Virus record (IMG/VR): IMGVR_UViG_3300022866_000322
Span: 1 to 64,000 of that record
Strand: one strand, 5' to 3'
DNA: 64,000 nucleotides
Part shown: in pieces, positions 57,762 through 64,000 of the stretch
Layout of the letters: each line of letters begins with the position of its first letter
Position numbering within the stretch: position 1 is the first letter of the stretch
Notes under the pieces: model-generated
The model's database searches: none
What the model was told of the DNA's origin: nothing
What the model saw: only the letters and a program-made list of their open reading frames with translations
Made by a program: the position numbers and the translations under genes

Positions 57762-58232
57762 ATGAAACATATACATCACATTATTCCAAAATATCTAGGC
57801 GGCACTGACGATCCCGGAAACCTAGTAGAACTCACTGTAAACGACCACGCAGAAGCACACCGTAAGTTATATGAAGAACACAATAATTGGCAAGACTATT
57901 GCGCATGGCAAGCATTATCGGGTCGAATAGGCAAAGAGGAAATACTACGTATGAAACAAGGAATGGCAAACAAAGGACGCAAACGGACACCTGAACAACT
58001 GAAACGTATGTCAGAAGCACAATTGAAACGTGTCGCAAGAAACCGTGCCGACGGAACACTAGAACGTACTAGAAAGAAGCAAAGTGAAGCCCACAAAGGT
58101 AAAAAGAAATCCCCAGAGCATATGAAGAATTGGTCCGAGTCACGTAAGGGACACAAAGTCAGTGAAGACACCCGTGAAAAAATTAGGAAAACTTTGGCAG
58201 AAACTAGAGCCAAATTGGCTTTACAAAAATAG
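57762..58232 (+). CDS. HNH homing endonuclease with NUMOD3 repeats
   Basis: HHIIPK..GGTD...NLV.LT...H...H; KGRKRTPE, KGKKKSPE, KGHKVSEDTREKI. Confidence 0.88.
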   Translation: MKHIHHIIPKYLGGTDDPGNLVELTVNDHAEAHRKLYEEHNNWQDYCAWQALSGRIGKEEILRMKQGMANKGRKRTPEQLKRMSEAQLKRVARNRADGTLERTRKKQSEAHKGKKKSPEHMKNWSESRKGHKVSEDTREKIRKTLAETRAKLALQK

Positions 58233-58299
58233 TTTTTTATTGACTTGCTAATAACTCTTGTAGCATATCCAGAATTTAGAATGTCAAACAAGCTATAAG

Positions 58300-58323
58300 A
58301 AAAGCGGCTTCGGCCGCTTTTTT
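58300..58323. terminator. Intrinsic terminator
   Basis: aaaagcggc-ttcg-gccgctttttt. Confidence 0.8.
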
Positions 58324-58370
58324 ATTAAATAGTATTGTATTTCAATTATCTCTAGCGTATAATATCCTAT

Positions 58371-59072
58371 ATGAAACCAATTGTATTTGTTGGACACAGA
58401 CAAAATCTACATGATGTTCAGATGGTTGCAAAAGCCTGCAACAGACAAGTTGTGGGCCTATTAGACAAATACTTTTATGGCAACACAGACTCTGTATGTG
58501 GTGTTCCTGTGATAGGTGCAGACAGCATGCTAGAGGATACAGCATTCGTTGAAGATCATGATTTTTTCTTAACGTCTTGGTGGACCGGAAACGAAAACCT
58601 AAACAACCCAGAGCATTCAGGTGATAATTTACGCAAGACCAGAATAGATCTATTAGATCAACATGGGATTAAGTGTACTAATTTAATACATCCTAGCTGT
58701 ATAAGGATTGAGAGCAGTAAACTTGGTAATGGTATTATAGCAATGCCGCATACCGCAATAACAGATAATTGTGTTATTGGTGACTATACTGTAGTTGATT
58801 GGTATGCTCTAGTAGGGCATGATTGCAGTATTGGGCGTAATGTTATCATAGGTGCAAGAGCAACACTAGCAGGTGGTATTACTGTAGAAGATAACGTTAG
58901 GATAGGATTAAGTGCTACTGTGGTAGAAGGGCATGAACGAGACATAACACTGCACAAAAACAGTAAAATCTGGGCAGGAGCAGTTGTGTTTGACAGTGTT
59001 CCCGAGGACGCTAATTATACACACAATCATCGCATACTAAAAAGAATCAACAAGGAAAATCAAGATGTTTAA
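58371..59072 (+). CDS. Sugar O-acyltransferase, NeuD/PglD family
   Basis: G.PVIG, NLIHPS, VGHDC.IG, hexapeptide repeats, AGAVV. Confidence 0.85.
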   Translation: MKPIVFVGHRQNLHDVQMVAKACNRQVVGLLDKYFYGNTDSVCGVPVIGADSMLEDTAFVEDHDFFLTSWWTGNENLNNPEHSGDNLRKTRIDLLDQHGIKCTNLIHPSCIRIESSKLGNGIIAMPHTAITDNCVIGDYTVVDWYALVGHDCSIGRNVIIGARATLAGGITVEDNVRIGLSATVVEGHERDITLHKNSKIWAGAVVFDSVPEDANYTHNHRILKRINKENQDV

Positions 59073-59796
59073 AGAACGTGTAACTTGGACCCATCACTGG
59101 GGCGACAAAACATTTAGTTTTCGCACAACCAGGAATCAATCATTTAGGTTCAATGCTGGCGAGTTTGCCATGATTGGATTGGAAGCAGATGGAAAGAAAA
59201 TACTACGTGCGTACAGTATTGCCAGCGCACCATGGGAAGAAGAACTAGAATGGCTGAGTGTTAAGGTCCAAGACGGTGAACTGACTGGCAAACTGCAACA
59301 TCTTAAAGAAGGTGACGAGGTTATCATCATGCCCAAGTGTGTGGGCACACTACGTAACGAAGCACTCACACCAGGTGGTACACTGTGGATGTTAGCCACG
59401 GGTACTGGACTCGCTCCTTTTATGAGCCTAATACGTGATGTGGATACACTGGAACAATGGGACCAGATTAATATTGTACACAGTGTTAGACACAGATCAG
59501 AACTTGCGTACTATAAACAGTTAAACACCAACTTCATTGACACAGACATACACGAAATGGTAGCACCAGTATTGAAGTATCGTCCAATTGTTACAGGCGA
59601 GGGCGATGAAAGAATCACAGTGAAACTGTGGAGAGAAACACTACCTGTGCGCAATGATGATAAGGTTATGATCTGTGGCAACATGCGTTTCAACGAAGAC
59701 ATGATTAAATGGTGTAAGCACATGGGCATGTCAGAAGGCACACTTAAGAACCCAGGCGGGTATGTGCTAGAACGAGCCTTTATTGACCCGTCGTAA
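59065..59796 (+). CDS. fpr: Ferredoxin-NADP+ reductase (bacterial type)
   Basis: RAYSIAS, G.LT..L, ATGTGLAPF, MICG, ERAF. Confidence 0.93.
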   Translation: MFKERVTWTHHWGDKTFSFRTTRNQSFRFNAGEFAMIGLEADGKKILRAYSIASAPWEEELEWLSVKVQDGELTGKLQHLKEGDEVIIMPKCVGTLRNEALTPGGTLWMLATGTGLAPFMSLIRDVDTLEQWDQINIVHSVRHRSELAYYKQLNTNFIDTDIHEMVAPVLKYRPIVTGEGDERITVKLWRETLPVRNDDKVMICGNMRFNEDMIKWCKHMGMSEGTLKNPGGYVLERAFIDPS

Positions 59797-60676
59797 CATT
59801 CACAAATGTGAACTTGCTTATCAAACTAAAGTTGTTTGGTTGAACCATTATATCACCTAAGGGGTAACTACCTTGATAATCGGTTGGGCTTTTACCCAAC
59901 CATGACTTAAATTTATCATGTTGGAAAAATCTACTCCTGGAATCATCTATGTCTATTTCTAATCCACCAGAGATTATAGGTGGAGGTCTCACATCTGATT
60001 GTGCAGGGTCATCGTGATCTGCAAATGCAGTAATAAAATCCTTACCTAGTATATCCTTTTTAATCCAAACATTGTGCCCGTGCAATCTTAGGTCTTTCAT
60101 CATACTGTCGGGTATCTCTTGGTCTACATCATCTTGATAAACTGTGCAGTCGTCGTATTGTGATGCCACTGGTGTAACTTCTACGCTACCTAAGAAAATG
60201 TTGAAATCACTTCTATTAGGAGTTACAACATATTCTTCGAGCTTGTGAATAGTTTGATTTAGTAAATTAAACAGATAATTGATTTCTTGATTTTCCCATG
60301 GGATGTAATCGAATTGGGCATCACCTGTACTCTCCCATCTATCCCGAGACTCAGTTGCTGTTACTAGGTATCTATGCAGTCTATTGAGAAACTTCTGTGT
60401 TTCGATATCAAGTTTCTGTAAAAGTTGTTTGTCAACAGATTCAGGCAACGGTATAATAGAATTAACTTTGTCGAAGACTGCTGTCAATTGATTTATTGTA
60501 GTTTCTGTGGAATCATCTTTTGGTATTACATACGGCCAGTATCTTTTATTTGGGGTAAACTGATACTTTTTACTAACCTTTAAGAAATGTTCTAACCAAA
60601 AATTTGCGAAGTCGGTGTCTAATAGTTTAAATACAAATGGCCCTAAGTCAGTAGAAAAATTTATATACTTCGACAT
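59780..60676 (-). CDS. Hypothetical protein
   Basis: TAAATA-N5-ATG at 60676. Confidence 0.65.
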   Translation of the reverse strand: MSKYINFSTDLGPFVFKLLDTDFANFWLEHFLKVSKKYQFTPNKRYWPYVIPKDDSTETTINQLTAVFDKVNSIIPLPESVDKQLLQKLDIETQKFLNRLHRYLVTATESRDRWESTGDAQFDYIPWENQEINYLFNLLNQTIHKLEEYVVTPNRSDFNIFLGSVEVTPVASQYDDCTVYQDDVDQEIPDSMMKDLRLHGHNVWIKKDILGKDFITAFADHDDPAQSDVRPPPIISGGLEIDIDDSRSRFFQHDKFKSWLGKSPTDYQGSYPLGDIMVQPNNFSLISKFTFVNVTTGQ

Positions 60677-60724
60677 CCTAATATTTATTGACAACTAGTT
60701 TGCCAGGCACTAAAATAAAATTAT

Positions 60725-61909
60725 ATGAAAAAAACAAATTTGCATTGCGCCCTGTCTCATATGAACATGGCCATCCAAAATGAGACCGACTACTGTAGTT
60801 GTAACGTCAACACAGAGAGTTGGAAAGACAATCAACATGATGTTATGAGAGTACCCACGTCTCCACCAAAAACAGCGTGGAACAGTTACACAAGGAAAAT
60901 GATTAAAATTGCATTAGACAAGGGAGTTAAGCACCCTGGATGCAGTCCCTGTTGGCAAGCTGAAGATGCTGGTCGTGTATCGGTCCGACAACAGTTTAAT
61001 TTGGCACTAGACGGAATACAACCTTTAGAGAATCAACCCAGATCCATTATATTAAAACCAGGAAACGTGTGTAACATGGCTTGCCGTATGTGCAACCCTG
61101 CTACTAGCACCAGGTGGTATCAAGATGCATACAAGTTAGAAGAACCTGATGTTGACTACAACGAGTACACAAAGAAATTTGAAATAATTAGAAACAGTTT
61201 CGGAAAACAAAACACTGAATTTTGGGATACTCTTAAAGAATGGATACCTGAGTTACGTGTGATTTACATTTATGGCGGGGAACCATTCATGAATCCGCAA
61301 ACCTGGGATTGGTTAGAGCATGGTATTAAAGTAGGCGCCGCTAAAGATATATACATTGGTTTAACGACCAACCTAATGATATGGAATGAAAAATACTTAG
61401 ATATTTTAAAACAATATAAAGCAGTTGATTTAAACGTAAGCCTAGACTCATCGGATGCAACAGAAATGGAATATGTTAGGCACTTAGCAGATGCAGATAC
61501 CTTGTTCAGAAATGGCAAAAAGGTAAATGATTATTTTGCAAGTTACGATAATGTGTCTCCATGTATAACGTATACACTAACATCATTGAACATGCACAAT
61601 ATAGATTATCATGCGCAACGACTAAAAGAATTGACTGGAATAGACAAGTTGATATTCAATAATGTGTATACTCCCGAGATCTACGACTTTAGACACTTAC
61701 CAAACCCAATCAAAGAAGAACTAAAAAGTGAAATTAAAGACCCAGAAGTAAACAGCATAATAAATCAAATTATCCCAGGGTGTGATAAACTGTGGCCTGA
61801 ATTTTGTGCGCATACAGACAAGTTAGATGCAATACGAGGGCAAAGTTTTCGGGAGGCTTTTCCGGAGTGGTGGGCTAAGTTAGAACCATATTGGTATAAC
61901 TATGAGTAA
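60725..61909 (+). CDS. Radical SAM enzyme with N-terminal twitch/SPASM-like cysteines
   Basis: HCAL, CSC, CSPC, CNMACRMC, GGEPF, TTN. Confidence 0.9.
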   Translation: MKKTNLHCALSHMNMAIQNETDYCSCNVNTESWKDNQHDVMRVPTSPPKTAWNSYTRKMIKIALDKGVKHPGCSPCWQAEDAGRVSVRQQFNLALDGIQPLENQPRSIILKPGNVCNMACRMCNPATSTRWYQDAYKLEEPDVDYNEYTKKFEIIRNSFGKQNTEFWDTLKEWIPELRVIYIYGGEPFMNPQTWDWLEHGIKVGAAKDIYIGLTTNLMIWNEKYLDILKQYKAVDLNVSLDSSDATEMEYVRHLADADTLFRNGKKVNDYFASYDNVSPCITYTLTSLNMHNIDYHAQRLKELTGIDKLIFNNVYTPEIYDFRHLPNPIKEELKSEIKDPEVNSIINQIIPGCDKLWPEFCAHTDKLDAIRGQSFREAFPEWWAKLEPYWYNYE

Positions 61910-62456
61910 AACACTACTATACTGCACAGGATACAGTACGTCAGATCTTGATTGGGAAAAACGTTGGCGTAGATGGTACAACTATCACAAACAACAAGGC
62001 CTACAGTTTGATCAACTTTTAATAGTGGACAATGGTAGTCCAGAGCTTCCAGGCTGGGGCGATAACAGAATAATTTACAATCTTGATCGACCTTGGTTTG
62101 CAAACAAGGATATCATAATATATCGTTACGAAGATACGATAGATACTGATGACCACCTAATCAGATCTGCACAAGTTGCTAAAGAATATACCACACTGTA
62201 TGGTTTTGACAAATTGCTACACATGGAATCTGATGTGTACATTTTAAGCAAACGATTGGCTAAATTTATTAATGAACAAGACTTGGTAACTTTCCCTGGT
62301 GAACTATGTGCAGATTACATAGGAGACAACTACGGCCAGACTCATGACGTACTACCAAACAATATAGATTATGCTACTGGAATTGGTGAAGATTGGGACG
62401 ATGTACACCAAAAACATCTTGACAAGAAGCGTAATTACACATATAATAGAACTTAA
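61902..62456 (+). CDS. GT-A fold glycosyltransferase-like protein
   Basis: LLIVDNGS, LLHMESD. Confidence 0.55.
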   Translation: MSKTLLYCTGYSTSDLDWEKRWRRWYNYHKQQGLQFDQLLIVDNGSPELPGWGDNRIIYNLDRPWFANKDIIIYRYEDTIDTDDHLIRSAQVAKEYTTLYGFDKLLHMESDVYILSKRLAKFINEQDLVTFPGELCADYIGDNYGQTHDVLPNNIDYATGIGEDWDDVHQKHLDKKRNYTYNRT

Positions 62457-62482
62457 GAAATTAGGAAAGTTGTAGTAGTAAC

Positions 62483-62572
62483 GGAAGTGTGGCCGAGTGG
62501 CTTAAGGCGGGAGATTACTAATCTCTTGTACGTGCAAACGTACCGTGGGTTCGAATCCTACCACTTCCGCCA
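62483..62572 (+). tRNA. tRNA-Ser (anticodon ACT)
   Basis: GGAAGTG/CACTTCC acceptor, G73, CCA, long variable arm, loop TT-ACT-AA. Confidence 0.9.
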
Positions 62573-62602
62573 AATGTTTTAACAAGATACAATGGAGATA
62601 GT

Positions 62603-62758
62603 ATGACAGTTAATAAGAAGAACAGCCCATTAACATATGAATCAGGCAAGCTAAGACTCGGTCCATTAAGCACAGGAAAACTAGAAGAAATGTTGAAAAC
62701 TTGTAGACCAAGACACAAGAACAAAATTATTAACGAGATAGCAAAGAGAAGTAAATAA
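62603..62758 (+). CDS. Small basic protein (51 aa) between tRNAs
   Basis: GGAG RBS. Confidence 0.55.
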   Translation: MTVNKKNSPLTYESGKLRLGPLSTGKLEEMLKTCRPRHKNKIINEIAKRSK

Positions 62759-62764
62759 ACGCAT

Positions 62765-62841
62765 GCTGGTGTAGCTCAGTTGGTAGTAGCGCCTGCTTTG
62801 TAAGCAGGATGTCGGGAGTTCGAGTCTCTCCTCCAGCACCA
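62765..62841 (+). tRNA. tRNA-Thr (TGT)
   Basis: Cloverleaf, loop TT-TGT-AA, CCA; one T-T mismatch in acceptor stem. Confidence 0.92.
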
Positions 62842-62846
62842 ACCTT

Positions 62847-62921
62847 GTCCGGTTCGTCTATCGGTTAGGACTCGGGATTTTCATTCCCGCAAGAGGGGTT
62901 CGACTCCCCTACCGGATGCCA
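62847..62921 (+). tRNA. tRNA-Glu (TTC)
   Basis: Cloverleaf, loop TT-TTC-AT, CCA. Confidence 0.93.
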
Positions 62922-62938
62922 AGTATAAGGAAACACTA

Positions 62939-63163
62939 ATGAAAAATGGATTGCGTTGGTTCGGCTTCATACTAGCAATGGTTAGTGCTTTCCTTTTAAG
63001 CGGAGGTAATCCTGATGTGCAATGGATGGGCTGGGCAGTTGGTACAGTTAGTTCTGCAATGTGGGTTTACTTTGGTTTTAAGGATAGTGATACTCCTAGA
63101 GCATTAATGGAAGTAATGTATTTGTTACTTGCGATGAGAGGAATATATAATTGGGTAATCTAA
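62939..63163 (+). CDS. Small multi-TM protein (PnuC-like)
   Basis: Three hydrophobic segments, GIYNW end. Confidence 0.6.
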   Translation: MKNGLRWFGFILAMVSAFLLSGGNPDVQWMGWAVGTVSSAMWVYFGFKDSDTPRALMEVMYLLLAMRGIYNWVI

Positions 63164-63179
63164 ATAATAAAGGAACAGT

Positions 63180-63770
63180 ATGTCACTAGTACCAATGGTA
63201 ATTGAAACAACGTCAAAAGGCGAACGTGCTTATGATATCTACAGTAGATTACTCAAAGAGCGTATTATTATGCTGAATGGTCCTGTGGAAGATAACATGA
63301 GTAATTTAATTGTTAGCCAACTGCTGTTCCTAGAATCAGAAGACCCAGACAAGGATATTAATTTATTTGTTAACAGTCCAGGTGGTGTTATTACAGCAGG
63401 CATGGCTATATACGATACCATGCAGTTTATCAAATGTGATGTAGCAACCTATGTGATTGGACAAGCATGTTCAATGGGGTCATTCCTAGCACAAGCAGGA
63501 GCGCCAGGCAAGCGTCACATGTTGCCCTATGCTAGACACATGATTCATCAGCCCAGTGGCGGCACACGCGGTATGCAGAGTGATATAGAAATACAGTACA
63601 AAGAAATTACCAAGATGAAAGAAATACTCACAGAGTTGTATGTTAAACACAACACAGCAGGCAAGACATATGACGACTTTGAGATTGACATGGACCGTGA
63701 TACATTCATGAGTTCAGAAGAATCATTGGAATACGGATTAATAGACAAAATTATTGACAAAAGGCCATAA
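63180..63770 (+). CDS. clpP: ATP-dependent Clp protease proteolytic subunit
   Basis: [35 protein letters not shown]. Confidence 0.97.
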   Translation: MSLVPMVIETTSKGERAYDIYSRLLKERIIMLNGPVEDNMSNLIVSQLLFLESEDPDKDINLFVNSPGGVITAGMAIYDTMQFIKCDVATYVIGQACSMGSFLAQAGAPGKRHMLPYARHMIHQPSGGTRGMQSDIEIQYKEITKMKEILTELYVKHNTAGKTYDDFEIDMDRDTFMSSEESLEYGLIDKIIDKRP

Positions 63771-63791
63771 TAAACCCGGATTATTAGCTGA

Positions 63792-64000
63792 ATGGCAACT
63801 CAAGAGCAAAAAGAAAAACTGGTAGAAATACTCAAATTCACTTCATGTACATATACGATCAGTATCTCAGGATACGGCAGGGAGCACGTGGTTGGATGTA
63901 TTCCCAATCAGTCTAGTATCAAGTACCTAAAGGACAACAACATTCAGTGGGAGCATGCACTGTTTATGGATCTTGATGAGTGGGTAGACGATGGGCATAA
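63792..64000 (+). CDS. Hypothetical protein, truncated by window edge
   Basis: Open frame MATQEQKEKLVEILKFT... runs to the end. Confidence 0.6.
   Translation, partial: MATQEQKEKLVEILKFTSCTYTISISGYGREHVVGCIPNQSSIKYLKDNNIQWEHALFMDLDEWVDDGH

Noticed and set aside
62511-62525. Amber suppressor tRNA (CTA) implying TAG recoding
   Set aside because: The 7-nt loop register gives ACT, not CTA, and TAG ends well-defined genes such as csgG (16707) and the cyclase (21715)

Overview
This AT-rich, gene-dense, mostly + strand window comes from a large T4-like (myovirus-type) bacteriophage genome, not a cellular chromosome. Phage evidence: nrdA(partial)/nrdB/glutaredoxin, GIY-YIG and HNH homing endonucleases, a PAAR spike protein, a SleB-type wall hydrolase, ATP-dependent ligase, UvsE, many TAAATA late-promoter motifs and seven copies of an early promoter/leader. 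It carries a rich host-takeover and auxiliary set: an RNAP omega homologue, ribosomal protein bS21, Hsp20 with a ROSE-like leader, ClpS, ClpP, a circularly permuted two-piece tmRNA, three tRNAs (including an unusual Ser-ACT), SulP, Fpr, PMM, a sugar-modification/amidinotransferase block and four radical SAM paralogues. Top observations: (i) a 23-aa PqqA precursor missed by the ORF track plus a cytochrome cL-like gene, pointing to a PQQ-dehydrogenase (probably methylotrophic proteobacterial) host; (ii) a contiguous CsgF-CsgG-curlin-FecR-curlin-CHASE2/adenylate cyclase module; (iii) a ubiquitin-like domain protein; (iv) an omega subunit lacking the ppGpp-binding MAR N-terminus. All family calls are by-eye motif recognition; no searches were run.
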